In this document: in pieces, positions 20,843-31,033 of the stretch
Numbering within the stretch: the first letter of the stretch is position 1
Layout: every line of letters starts with the position of its first letter
The notes under the pieces: generated by a model
Database searches by the model: none
Seen by the model: only the letters and a program-made list of their open reading frames with translations
What the model was told of the DNA's origin: nothing
Position numbers and translations under genes: made by a program
NCBI GenBank assembly: GCA_041686025.1
Contig: JAWLEP010000008.1
Coordinates: 4,996-68,995, forward strand
Direction of reading: 5' to 3'
DNA: 64,000 nt
Source: Candidatus Fermentibacteraceae bacterium
Lineage (GTDB): Bacteria; Fermentibacterota; Fermentibacteria; Fermentibacterales; JCC-6

Positions 20843-22515
20843 TGGCTCGAAGAGGCGACCGTTTCGCCCTGGGCATAGAGCTTCTCACCGGCCTGGCCAT
20901 CGGGGCCGCCGCCCTGGCCGCGTTCGTGTCCTTCGCCCTGGCGGTGCTGAACTGGAACCGCCTGCGGGGCGAGGTGGACGCCAGGGCCCAGTTCACCGCC
21001 TCCGTGGTGGCGCAGATGATCGACGACAGCCCCACCAGGGCATCCTTCGAGGAAGCAGCGGCCCGGGTACCCTCCATGGGGGGACGCTGGGCGGCGGCCC
21101 TGCTGGACTCCGGCGGGCGGGTGCTGGCGGCGGAGGGGGCCCGGGCCTCCTCTCTGCAGGTGGACGAGGGCGGAGACTGGTTCAGGGTTCCCCTGAGCTC
21201 GGGGGCCATGTCGGTGGCGGTCAGGCCGGACTACGGGGCCGTTCCCGGCCCCTGGCTGCCCCTGGGCCTGGGGGTGCTGGCGGCCGGTCTAACCGTACTG
21301 GCCCTGCTGGCGCCCGGCCACCTGAGAAAGCGGGTCCTGGCACCCCTCCGGTCCATACTGGAGGAGGCCGAGAGCTTCAGCCCGGGGGACGGCAGAGACG
21401 CCAGGACCGCCAGCGATTCGTACAGGAGGCTGGTGGAGAGGCTGGGCGACAGGGAGAGGACCCTGTCCCGGCTCAGGCGGGAGGCGGAGAGAAGGGCCGA
21501 GATCGTGGAGAGCCGCTCCCGGGCCATCCTGCAGGCCATGGGCTCGGCGGTCCTGACGCTTGACCCCGGGGGCAGGCTGGGGATGTGCAATCCCACCGCC
21601 CGGGGGATGGTGGTGACCGAGGAGGCCAGGGACGGCGACGGTTTCGACCTGGTTGCCCTTCCGCTGGGCCGGGAGGTAGTGCGGCGCCACCCGCCGGGAT
21701 CGGAAGGGGACGGGCTGTTCCAGGTGGAGCACGGCGAGGCCGGCCGCCGCAGAATCCTCAGCGTGGCCGCTTCCCCCACCTCAGACGGGGAGGTGGCCTA
21801 CCTGATAACCGACGTCACCGAGGCCGCCGAGATGGAGCGGCGCATCGCGGAGGAGAAGGCCATGGCCGACCTGGGCGCGGTCTCCGCCGGCGTCTCCCAC
21901 GAGATGGGCAACAGCCTCTGCGCCATCGGGGGCTTCCTGGACCTGCTGGCCCGGGGGCCCCTGGGCCGGCGGGAGAGCCACGTCCTGGAGGAGGCGCGCA
22001 TGGAGGTCTCGGCGGCCAGGCGGATGGTGGAGGGATTCCGCTCCATCGCCGGCCCCTCCGGGGCGGAGCTCGAGCCCATGGACCTCGAGCGCCTGGCAGA
22101 GCTGGTCCGCCTGGAGTGCCGGGAGGCCGGGGTGCGCTTCGCGGGCCAAACCGGAAAGGGCTCAGCCGGCCTCGTGGATTCGCATCCGGAGCTGGTGAGG
22201 AGGTGCCTGCGCAACCTGCTGAAGAACGCGCTGGAGGCCGGTGGCGGCGAGGACGTGGAGGTGGAGCTCTCCCTGGATGACGGTGTCCTGGAGCTTCGCG
22301 TATCGGACAGGGGACCCGGGCTGCCCCGGGGGCGGGAGAGGATATTCAGCCCCTTCTTCACCACCAAGGCCGGCGACGGCGGTGAGAACATGGGCCTTGG
22401 ACTGACCATCACCAGGCGTATAGTGGGTGTGATGGGCGGGGATATAGACGCCTTCGACAGGGAGGGCGGCGGAGCGGTTTTCAGGATACGCATACCACTG
22501 TCCGAGGGGGGGTAG
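20842..22515 (+). CDS. Sensor histidine kinase (NtrB-like, membrane anchored)
   Basis: ATG overlaps the GT2 stop (ATGA). N-terminal TM segment, H-box SHEMGNSLCAIGGFLDL, and G-boxes DRGPGLP and GLGLTITRRIV. Confidence 0.85.
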   Translation: MARRGDRFALGIELLTGLAIGAAALAAFVSFALAVLNWNRLRGEVDARAQFTASVVAQMIDDSPTRASFEEAAARVPSMGGRWAAALLDSGGRVLAAEGARASSLQVDEGGDWFRVPLSSGAMSVAVRPDYGAVPGPWLPLGLGVLAAGLTVLALLAPGHLRKRVLAPLRSILEEAESFSPGDGRDARTASDSYRRLVERLGDRERTLSRLRREAERRAEIVESRSRAILQAMGSAVLTLDPGGRLGMCNPTARGMVVTEEARDGDGFDLVALPLGREVVRRHPPGSEGDGLFQVEHGEAGRRRILSVAASPTSDGEVAYLITDVTEAAEMERRIAEEKAMADLGAVSAGVSHEMGNSLCAIGGFLDLLARGPLGRRESHVLEEARMEVSAARRMVEGFRSIAGPSGAELEPMDLERLAELVRLECREAGVRFAGQTGKGSAGLVDSHPELVRRCLRNLLKNALEAGGGEDVEVELSLDDGVLELRVSDRGPGLPRGRERIFSPFFTTKAGDGGENMGLGLTITRRIVGVMGGDIDAFDREGGGAVFRIRIPLSEGG

Positions 22516-22518
22516 AAG

Positions 22519-23805
22519 TTGGGAAACGTGCTCCTGGTGGAGGACAAGCGGGCGATGCGGTCCATGCTGACCACCGCCCTGGAGGAGGAGGGGTGGCGGG
22601 TGACGCCCGTCCGCAGCGCCCCCGAGGCGTACACGGCGATGGATGCCCACAGCTTCGAGCTGGTGCTGACGGATGTCCGGCTGCCCGGAGGGGATGGCGG
22701 TATGGAAGTGCTGCGGGAGGCCCGCCGTCGCTGTGCCGGGACACCGGTACTGGTGATGACGGCCTACGGCAACATCGACCTGGCGGTGAGGGCCATGAGG
22801 GAGGGGGCCTCGGACTTCGTGGAGAAGCCCTTCGACCTGGAGGACCTGCTGGCCCGGGTGCGCAGGTTCGCCGGAAGGCCCGAGATGCTCATCGTGGGAA
22901 GCTCGCCGGCCATGGCGAGGGTCATGGAGAGGGCACGGAAGGCCGCCGCCACCGCCATGGCCGTCCTCCTGCTGGGGGAGAGCGGCACCGGCAAGGAGCT
23001 GCTGGCCAGGTACGTCCACGACGCCAGAAGGGGCGAGGCGGGCCCATTCGTACCCGTCAACTGCGCCGCCATTCCCACAGAGCTGATGGAGAGCGAGCTG
23101 TTCGGGGCCGAGAAGGGGGCCTACACCGGTGCGGAAAGCGAGAGGGAGGGATTCTTCGGCCGGGCCGAGGGCGGCACCATCTTCCTCGACGAGGTGGCAG
23201 ACCTCTCTCCCAGGCTGCAGGGCAAGCTGCTGCGGGTCCTGCAGGAGCGGGAGTACACCAGGGTGGGAAGCCCGGAGGCCCGCCGCTCCAACGCCAGGGT
23301 GGTGGCCGCCAGCAACCGCGACCTCCAGCTGGAGATGGAGGAGGGCCGCTTCCGCAGCGACCTCTACTACCGCCTCAACCAGTTCCCCATAAGCATCCCG
23401 CCGCTGAGGGCACGGCGGGAGGACATCCCCGAGCTGGCCCGCCACTTCCTGCAGTCCGCCGGCTACGTGGACCTGGAGATCCGGCAGGATGCCATGGAGG
23501 CTCTGGAGGCCTACAGCTGGCCGGGAAACGTCCGGGAGCTGCGGAACATAGTCCTCAGGGCGGCGGCCATGGCGCCTCCGGAGAGCGCAATAGGCCCCGA
23601 CCTGCTCGAGATCGGCGGGGAGCTGGACGGGGCCTCGCAGGAGGGGCTCCTGGAGGCCTCATCCCGGGCGGCGAGGCGCAGGGAGCGGGAGCTGATAGTC
23701 CTGGCCCTGAGAAGGTGCGGCGGAAGCCGCAAGAAGGCGGCGGACATGCTGAAGATCAGCTACCGCACGCTCCTGTCCCGCCTCAAGGACCTGGAGATAG
23801 AGTAA
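22519..23805 (+). CDS. Sigma-54-dependent response regulator (NtrC family)
   Basis: Receiver domain (LLVEDK...TDVRLPGGDG), AAA+ sigma54-interaction domain with GESGTGKE and the GAYTGA (GAFTGA-type) loop, and a C-terminal HTH. TTG start 4 nt after the kinase stop. Confidence 0.9.
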   Translation: MGNVLLVEDKRAMRSMLTTALEEEGWRVTPVRSAPEAYTAMDAHSFELVLTDVRLPGGDGGMEVLREARRRCAGTPVLVMTAYGNIDLAVRAMREGASDFVEKPFDLEDLLARVRRFAGRPEMLIVGSSPAMARVMERARKAAATAMAVLLLGESGTGKELLARYVHDARRGEAGPFVPVNCAAIPTELMESELFGAEKGAYTGAESEREGFFGRAEGGTIFLDEVADLSPRLQGKLLRVLQEREYTRVGSPEARRSNARVVAASNRDLQLEMEEGRFRSDLYYRLNQFPISIPPLRARREDIPELARHFLQSAGYVDLEIRQDAMEALEAYSWPGNVRELRNIVLRAAAMAPPESAIGPDLLEIGGELDGASQEGLLEASSRAARRRERELIVLALRRCGGSRKKAADMLKISYRTLLSRLKDLEIE

Positions 23806-23928
23806 CCGGCCGCGGAAGCGGTTACGGCTCTTGCAATTCACTACCAAGTCGGTATAGTCTTATCGGGAAAATCCGGTTCTTCAACGACTGTGCTCCAGCC
23901 ATGAGTTGGGTGGAAGCGCCGGTCTGAG

Positions 23929-26900
23929 GTGGAAATGCTCGCAGCAGCCATCCTCTTCGCAGTCGTGCTTGGTTCGGGTGACTCCCTGCAGGGGGAGGCC
24001 GGGCCGGTTCTGCGTTCCGCATGCGAGGTGGACTACCCTCCATTCTGCTTTGTCGATGAGAGCGGCCGCGCCACCGGCTTCTCCGTGGAGCTGCTGGAGG
24101 AGGCGGCCGACGCCATGGGCAGGGACGTCACCTTCCGCACCGGCGTCTGGTCGGAGGTCCGCGGGATGCTGGAGGAGGGCGGGGTGGAAGTCCTTCCCCT
24201 GGTCGGACGTACCCCCGAGCGCGAGGAGCTGTTCGACTTCACATTCCCCTATCTCTCCCTGCACGGAGCCATAGTCGTCCGCCGCGGGGTCTCGGGCATA
24301 GAGGACCTCGGCGACCTCCGCGGGCTCCGCGTAGAGGTGATGGAGGGCGACAACGCCGAGGAGTTCCTGCGGCGCGAGGAGCGGGGCATCGACATTGTCA
24401 CCACCGGGACCTTCGAGGAAGCGCTGCTGGACCTCTCCGAGGGACGCTGCGACGCCGTGGTCGTCCAGCGCCTGGTGGCCCTGCGGCTTATCCGGGAGGC
24501 CGGCCTGCAGAACCTGCGGGTGATCGACAGACCCCTGGAGGGATTCCGGCAGGACTTCTGCTTCGCGGTGAGGGAGGGCGACGGCGAGACGCTGGCCCTG
24601 CTCAACGAGGGGCTGTCCATCGTAATGGCAGACGGCACACTGGACCGTCTGCGAGCCAGGTGGTTCGGCTCTCTGGAGCTGCCCTCCGGCCATACGATCG
24701 TAGTGGGGGGCGACAGGAACTACCCTCCCTACGAGTTCATCGACGAGGACGGCAACCCCGCCGGCTACAACGTGGAGCTGACCCGGGCCGTAGCCGCGGC
24801 TGCGGGCCTGGAGGTGGAGATCCGGCTCGGGGACTGGGCCGAGATCCGCAGCGGTCTGCGAAACGGCGGGATAGACGTGGCCCAGGGGATGTTCTACTCG
24901 CCGCAGAGGGACCTGGAGCTCGACTTCACCCAGCCGCACACGGTCGTCCACCATGTGGCCGTGGTGCGGGAGGACTTCGAGGTGCCCGGGAGCGTCGCCG
25001 ATCTTACGGGGCTGAGCCTGGTGGTGATGGAGGGCGACATCGCCCACGACTTCATGCTGGAGAAGGGCTTCGAGGGTCAGTTCGCTGCGTTGGCCACCCA
25101 GGAGGACGCATTGGGGGAGGTGGCCGCCGGCCGGAGCGACTGCGCCATAGTCGCCAGGCTTCCGGCCGCCTACTGGATAGAGCGCAACGGCTGGGGCAGT
25201 CTGAAGGTGGCGGATACACCTCTGTTCTCCGCCGAGTACTGCTTCGCGGTCCCCCACGGGCGGCAGGCGCTGCTGGCGCACCTGTCGGAGGGCCTGAAGA
25301 TGGTTGAGGAGTCCGGCGAATACAGGGATATCTACACCCGGTGGATGGGGGTATACGAGGACAGGCCGCCCGGGCTGGCCGCCGCGCTCCGGACCGCGGC
25401 CTGGGTGCTGGTGCCCCTGGTGCTGGTGCTCATCGGCGCGTTCGCATGGACCAGGACCCTGCGACGGAAGGTCAGGCAGCGGACGGCGGAGCTGCGGGAG
25501 AGCGAGAGGCGCTACCGCCTGCTGGCGGAGAACACCCTGGATGTGATCTGGACCATGACGCCGGACCTGGTGTTCACCTACGTGAACCCCGCCATCGAGA
25601 GGATGACGGGCTATACGCCCGACGAGTGGGTGGGAAGCAGTCTGGCCGACCACTGCGACGACGAGAACCTGGCGCTGATGCGGAAGGCCGTCGAGGCCGA
25701 GATCCGGAAGGGTCCGGAGCACGAAGGCGTCATATTCGAGGCGGAGATGCTGCACCGGGACGGTACCCCTGTTGTAGTGGAGATACACGGCCGGGTGATC
25801 TTCGACGAGGACTGGCGGCCGGTGATGCTGCAGGGGACCACCAGGGACGTCACCGAGCGGAGGCGCATGGAGGGGGAGCGCACCCGCTTGCAGCAGCAGC
25901 TCCTGCAGGCGCAGAGGCTGGAGTCGGTGGGGAGGCTGGCGGGAGGGGTGGCCCACGACTTCAACAACATGCTGCAGTCCATACTGGGCAATGCGGAGAT
26001 GGCCCTCGATAGGTGTGGGGTGGAGGGGGAGCTGCCGGAGCATCTTCGCGAGATCGAAGGTGCGGCTGGCCATGCGGCCCGGCTCACCGGCCAGCTGCTG
26101 GCCTTCGCCCGCAGGCAGAGCAGCCGGCCGGAGGTTCTGAACCTCAACGAATCCGTGGCCGATACGCTGGACATGCTCCGAAGGTTGATGGGAGAGGACA
26201 TAGACCTCCTGTGGAAGCCGGAGGAGGACCTATGGCGCGTAAGGATCGACCCCTCGCAGGTGGACCAGATACTGGCCAACCTCTGCGTTAACGCCCGGGA
26301 CGCCATCCAGGGCAACGGCAAGGTGACCATAGAGACCGCGAATGCCTCCTTCGACGAGGACTACTGCCGCCGCAACCCGGAGTTCGACCCCGGAGACTAC
26401 GTGATGCTGGCGGTAAGCGACGACGGCATTGGAATGGACACCGATGTGATGGCCTCCATCTTCGAGCCCTTCTTCACCACGAAGGAGAAGGAGAAGGGCA
26501 CCGGGCTCGGCCTGGCCACGGTCTACGGAATCGTCAAGCAGAACGAGGGCTTCATCAACGTCTACAGCGAGCCCGGAGAGGGCTCCACGTTCAAGGTGTA
26601 CCTGTCGCGCCATGCCGGCGGAAAGGCACCTTCGGTGAAGCGGGGCGCCGGAGACCGGGGCATTACGGATTCGGAGGGCGAGACCATTCTGCTGGTTGAG
26701 GACGAGCCGGCGATACTCAAGGTGGCCCGGAGCATACTGGAGGGCCTGGGCTACGAGGTGCTGACCGCGTCGACGCCGGAAGAGGCTCTCGAGCTGGCGG
26801 AGAACCTCTCCACAGGGATAGACCTGCTGGTGACCGACGTGGTCCTTCCGGGCATGAACGGCAGGGATCTCGCCGCGAAGCTGCGCGAGCAGGATGAAGG

Positions 26901-27054
26901 CCTGAGGGTGCTCTACATGTCGGGGTACACGGCCAATGTGATCATGCATCAGGGAATACTGGAGAACGGCGTCCATTTTGTGCAGAAGCCCTTCTCCATG
27001 GAGAGGCTGGCCCTCAGCGTGCGGAAGGCGCTGGGAGGGCCCACGCCCTCCTGA
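23929..27054 (+). CDS. BvgS/EvgS-like hybrid sensor kinase (2x periplasmic solute-binding domains - TM - PAS - HisKA - HATPase - receiver)
   Basis: Two tandem SBP_bac_3-like Venus-flytrap domains, a TM helix (WVLVPLVLVLIGAFAW), a PAS domain, H-box HDFNNMLQSILGNAEMA, G-box GTGLGLATV, and a C-terminal receiver (ILLVEDEPAIL...DVVLPGMNG). Confidence 0.85.
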   Translation: MEMLAAAILFAVVLGSGDSLQGEAGPVLRSACEVDYPPFCFVDESGRATGFSVELLEEAADAMGRDVTFRTGVWSEVRGMLEEGGVEVLPLVGRTPEREELFDFTFPYLSLHGAIVVRRGVSGIEDLGDLRGLRVEVMEGDNAEEFLRREERGIDIVTTGTFEEALLDLSEGRCDAVVVQRLVALRLIREAGLQNLRVIDRPLEGFRQDFCFAVREGDGETLALLNEGLSIVMADGTLDRLRARWFGSLELPSGHTIVVGGDRNYPPYEFIDEDGNPAGYNVELTRAVAAAAGLEVEIRLGDWAEIRSGLRNGGIDVAQGMFYSPQRDLELDFTQPHTVVHHVAVVREDFEVPGSVADLTGLSLVVMEGDIAHDFMLEKGFEGQFAALATQEDALGEVAAGRSDCAIVARLPAAYWIERNGWGSLKVADTPLFSAEYCFAVPHGRQALLAHLSEGLKMVEESGEYRDIYTRWMGVYEDRPPGLAAALRTAAWVLVPLVLVLIGAFAWTRTLRRKVRQRTAELRESERRYRLLAENTLDVIWTMTPDLVFTYVNPAIERMTGYTPDEWVGSSLADHCDDENLALMRKAVEAEIRKGPEHEGVIFEAEMLHRDGTPVVVEIHGRVIFDEDWRPVMLQGTTRDVTERRRMEGERTRLQQQLLQAQRLESVGRLAGGVAHDFNNMLQSILGNAEMALDRCGVEGELPEHLREIEGAAGHAARLTGQLLAFARRQSSRPEVLNLNESVADTLDMLRRLMGEDIDLLWKPEEDLWRVRIDPSQVDQILANLCVNARDAIQGNGKVTIETANASFDEDYCRRNPEFDPGDYVMLAVSDDGIGMDTDVMASIFEPFFTTKEKEKGTGLGLATVYGIVKQNEGFINVYSEPGEGSTFKVYLSRHAGGKAPSVKRGAGDRGITDSEGETILLVEDEPAILKVARSILEGLGYEVLTASTPEEALELAENLSTGIDLLVTDVVLPGMNGRDLAAKLREQDEGLRVLYMSGYTANVIMHQGILENGVHFVQKPFSMERLALSVRKALGGPTPS

Positions 27055-27057
27055 CCC

Positions 27058-28786
27058 TCAGCGGAGGACCCGGGGCTTGATCCTCTCCAGGGCCTCCTCC
27101 AGCGGAATCTCCGGGTTAGCGGCGATGGTGTCCAGGAGCTCGGCGGCGGCCTTGAGGGTGACTCCGCTGTGGTCGCAGAATCCGACGGCCTCCACGATGC
27201 GGTCCTCGCCCAGGGCCAGCCAGTCCCGCCCGGCCCGGCGGGAGCCCCGCAGCCTGTCGGTTAGCAGGTGGGCCAGCTCCGAGGGACGGAACTCCGTGCT
27301 GCCGCAGAGCCGGTCGAACATGTCCGCCCGCTCCCAGTTGAGCAGCCTGTATATCAGCTGCCGGCTCACCCCCAGGGCCGAGTAGGTCTCCCTGCGGTCC
27401 CAGGGCGTGGGGGGCAGCTCCCGCCTCACCCGCTCCAGCATCTCCAGGTCGATGGGCTCGGGGGGCAGGTCGGTGTCGGGGTACATTCTGTCCGGACCGG
27501 GGAGTATGCGCTCGAAGGTGTTGGCCCCGTCCGCCAGGGCCTGCCGGGTCTCGGAGGGGACGCCCTCGAAGGCCTCGCCCACCCGGATGGCTATCTCCTT
27601 CGCGGCGGTCTCCACGTCCTCGGCGGGACCGGAGAAGAGGACCAGGGCGTCCTCATCCGGAATCCCCATGACCTCCCGCAGGGAGTCCGGGGCCTTCACC
27701 ACCCGGGGGTCGGTCTCCAGGCAGGCTATTACCCGCACCCGTCCCCTGATCTCGTCCAGGAAGGTCTGCCCCTCCTGGGTCTCCCAGTCCAGGTAGCGGG
27801 CGAACCCCGGAAGCCGCTGGGCGGCCACGGTGAGGTCGGGTCCCTTCTCCAGGCCCGGGGCCTCGGTGGCCATCTCCAGCTCCCCGCCGGAGAGCACCCG
27901 GTGGTCGGCGGTGAACCTCTCGGCGGTGAGATCCGAGTGACGGAGGGCGTAGCGCAGATCCAGCAGTGCCTTCTGACGGTAGCCCTCCACCCGGCAGAGG
28001 TCCTCTATCATGCCGATCTGGGGCACTCCCTTGATCTCCACCCGGGTGCCGCCCCGTATGGAGACGTTGACGTCCTGCCTCACCGTTCCTATGCCCCTGC
28101 GGATGCGCCTCGAGGACCTGAGGACCTCCCCTATCCGGACCGCCGCGGCAGCCGTCTCCCAGGGAGTGTAGAGCTCCGGGGCGGTAACCGGCTCCACCAG
28201 GGGCATGGAGAGGCGGTCTGTGCGGAAGAAGATGTGGTGTCCGTAGTCGCGGACCTCCCGGCAGGCGTCCTCCTCCAGGCTCATCTGTATGAAGTGGAGG
28301 TCCCTGCCCAGGAAGGGTATGCAGCCGTTGACGCCGATGATGGCCGTCCTCTGGAACCCGGTGGGTATGCTGCCGTCCAGGTACTGCTTGCGGGTGATGT
28401 GGACCTCGTCCACTATGGACATGTTCAGCATCATGGCTATCCGCAGCGCTATCTCCAGCGCCTCCGGGTCGGCCTTGAAGGGCGGGGTGTCGTCCATCTC
28501 GTAGGTGCAGACCGAGTCGTTGTACAGAAGGTAGTGGACCTGCTTCTTCGTCTTGAACTCCATCAGGGCGGTGCCGTCGTAGTCCCCGAACTCGCTGAGG
28601 GTGGGCCGCATGTGCCGCAGCAGCTCGCTGTCCGGTTCGTCGTTCCGTATCATGCACGGGCACCTGCAGAAGAGCTTGCTCTCGGTGAGCAGCTGCTGGT
28701 GGGTCTCCAGTCCCGACCTGTAGCCCAGGTCACGGAGCTCGGTGTAGTCTGCCTGCCTGTCGGGGCGGTAGCGCTGGATCTGCAAT
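27058..28786 (-). CDS. gatE: Glu-tRNA(Gln) amidotransferase subunit E-like (GatE-type, archaeal-type) protein
   Basis: GLETHQQLLTESKLFCRCP, IRNDEPD, RPTLSEFG, YNDSVCTYE, VDEVHITRKQYLDGSIPTGFQRTA and GIGTVRQDVNVSIRGGTRVEIKGV match GatE rather than GatB blocks. A C-terminal GatB/YqeY-like domain is present. Start placed at a TTG with an upstream GGAGAG RBS; the 5' part of the track ORF is low-complexity junk. Confidence 0.7.
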
Positions 28787-29183
28787 TGACGACCTCTCCT
28801 TCGGTCTCTTCGCCGCGGTGATGGATGTGGGACGGGCGGGAGGTGGGCCCGCGCGTCAGGTGCTGAACATATGAGGCCGCGCTGCCAGGTCAATTACCTC
28901 CCCCGCCTGGAACGTCGCGGCCGCTTCGGGGTATTCAATGAGTCGGAGGCCCGAGAAGTTGACAGTCTCGAATTGCTGGGAGTATATCTGAGACGTGAGA
29001 GATGCAGCGAGGGTTTCGACCTGCACCGAGTCCGAAGGACGACTTGGGGCAGGCTTTTTTTCATGGGCATCCGCGTCGCCTATCCCCAAAGCAGACGCGG
29101 CGCTTCGCGCAGTGACCAAGCGCGCGTTCCCGCCGGGCCATCCCGGCCCGCCGGCATCGAACTCATCAGAAGGGAGTGTTTGG

Positions 29184-29753
29184 ATGAACATCGAGCTGGA
29201 CGGAAGGCACTTCGACCTTACCGAGGCGCTCAAGTCGCACGTGGAGAAGAAGCTATCCTCCCTGGAGAAGTACTATGACGGCATCGCCAGGGTCCATGTG
29301 ATCCTGGAGGTCACCGCCGGAGTCAACCACGTGCACGTTCAGCTCAGGGGCGACAGGCTCAAACTGGACTCCCGCTCCAAGTCCCACGACATGTACGCCG
29401 CCTTTGACGAGAGCGCCAGCAACCTGGAGCGCCAGCTGCGAAAGTTCAAGGACAGGATCCACGGGCACCCCCACAGGAAGAACGGCATCGGCAGGCCGTC
29501 CGAGGAGCTGGAGTCGGGCACGTACTACGTTCCCGCCGAGATGTCCGAGCTGGACCGGGCCCTTCTGGTCCGCGACGACGTGACCCTCCCCCGGATGACC
29601 ACCAACGAGGCCATGACCGAGCTGGAGGTAAGCAACTCCGAGCACCTGGTCTTCTACAACTCCGAGACCGAGAGCATCAGCGCGGCCTACAGGACCTCCA
29701 CGGACACCAGCCAGGTGGTGGAGCTCACGGAGGCCGCCGCGGCGAGAGCCTAG
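29184..29753 (+). CDS. hpf: Ribosome hibernation promoting factor, long form (HPF/RaiA)
   Basis: MNIELDGRHFDLTEALKSHVEKKLSSLEKYYD is a typical HPF N-terminus. C-terminal dimerisation domain (LVFYNSETESISAAYR). Confidence 0.9.
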   Translation: MNIELDGRHFDLTEALKSHVEKKLSSLEKYYDGIARVHVILEVTAGVNHVHVQLRGDRLKLDSRSKSHDMYAAFDESASNLERQLRKFKDRIHGHPHRKNGIGRPSEELESGTYYVPAEMSELDRALLVRDDVTLPRMTTNEAMTELEVSNSEHLVFYNSETESISAAYRTSTDTSQVVELTEAAAARA

Positions 29754-29788
29754 GGACTGGATGTTCCCATGAGCTATGGAACGGTCCG

Positions 29789-30739
29789 GTGAGGGACGGA
29801 TACCCGGACCCCGACAGGCTTACCGTCGGGGAGGTCTACCGGCGCATGGGGGAGAAGCTTCGGCTCTCTCCCGTGGTGGACGAGGGAATGGAGAACCTGG
29901 TGCTCTCCGAGGACGTGAGCAGACCGGGCCTCTGCCTCACCGGCTACACCCACAAGTTCCTCTACGAGCGGATACAGATCTTCGGCGAGACCGAGATCAC
30001 CTACCTCAGCCGGCTCGGCCCGGAGGAACGGGGAGAGGCCCTGGACCACGTCTTCGGCTTTCCCGTCTACTGCTGTATAGTCACCAAGGGACTGACGCCG
30101 CCTTCGGAGCTCCTGTCCCGGGTCCGGGCCTGTGGAACCGCGCTGTTCCGCTCTCCGCGGGACACCACGCCGCTGATACACGACCTCAGCGACTGGCTGG
30201 GAGAGACGTTCGCCCCCCGCAAGTGCATCCACGGAACGCTGGTGGACGTCTTCGGGATCGGCCTGCTGTGCACCGGGCGGAGCGCCATAGGCAAGAGCGA
30301 GGCGGTGCTGGGACTGGTGGAGCGGGGCCACCGCCTGGTTGCCGACGACAGCATTCGGATCCGGAGGACGGGGGACAGGCTGCTGGGCACCGGAGACTCC
30401 CTGATGGGCTACCACATGGAGATCCGGGGGCTGGGAATGGTGGACGTGGCGGCCCTCTACGGCATCAAGGCCGTCAAGTCCAAGCAGCAGGTGGACATGG
30501 AGGTGCGCCTGAAGGACTGGTCGGAGGAGCTGGACTACGACAGGACCGGACTGGAGGAGAGGACCACGAACATCCTGGGCATCAGGATACCGCTGTTCGT
30601 GATACCCGTGCTGCCGGGGAGGAACATAACCCTCCTGCTGGAGGTGGCGGCCATGGAGCACCTGCTGCGGAAGGGCAGCAGCACCCCCGCCAGGCTGCTG
30701 AACCGCGAGCTGATAGACAGGATGCGCGACGGCGACTGA
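29789..30739 (+). CDS. hprK: HPr kinase/phosphorylase
   Basis: P-loop GRSAIGKSE and the HprK C-terminal signature (LVADDSIRIRR, EIRGLGMVDV). Confidence 0.9.
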   Translation: MRDGYPDPDRLTVGEVYRRMGEKLRLSPVVDEGMENLVLSEDVSRPGLCLTGYTHKFLYERIQIFGETEITYLSRLGPEERGEALDHVFGFPVYCCIVTKGLTPPSELLSRVRACGTALFRSPRDTTPLIHDLSDWLGETFAPRKCIHGTLVDVFGIGLLCTGRSAIGKSEAVLGLVERGHRLVADDSIRIRRTGDRLLGTGDSLMGYHMEIRGLGMVDVAALYGIKAVKSKQQVDMEVRLKDWSEELDYDRTGLEERTTNILGIRIPLFVIPVLPGRNITLLLEVAAMEHLLRKGSSTPARLLNRELIDRMRDGD

Positions 30740-30766
30740 ACGAGTCGGCCCGGAACGGAGGAGTGC

Positions 30767-31033
30767 TTGACCGAGAAGAAGGTAACGGTTCCCAACAGGC
30801 TGGGTATCCACGCGCGGCCGGCGGCGCTTCTGGTAAAGGCCGCCGCGGAGTACGCCAGCGACATACACATCTCATTCGGAGGCGACAGGGTGAACGCCAA
30901 GAGCATCATGGGGGTCATGACCCTGGCCGCCTGCAAGGGCTCCGAGCTGACCATAGAGGCCGATGGGCCTGACGAGGGGGAGGCCGTGGAGGCCCTGGCG
31001 GCCATAGTGAGGGATGGATTCGGGGAGGAATGA
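30767..31033 (+). CDS. ptsH: Phosphocarrier protein HPr
   Basis: His15 motif LGIHARPAA and Ser46 motif NAKSIMGVM. TTG start. Confidence 0.9.
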   Translation: MTEKKVTVPNRLGIHARPAALLVKAAAEYASDIHISFGGDRVNAKSIMGVMTLAACKGSELTIEADGPDEGEAVEALAAIVRDGFGEE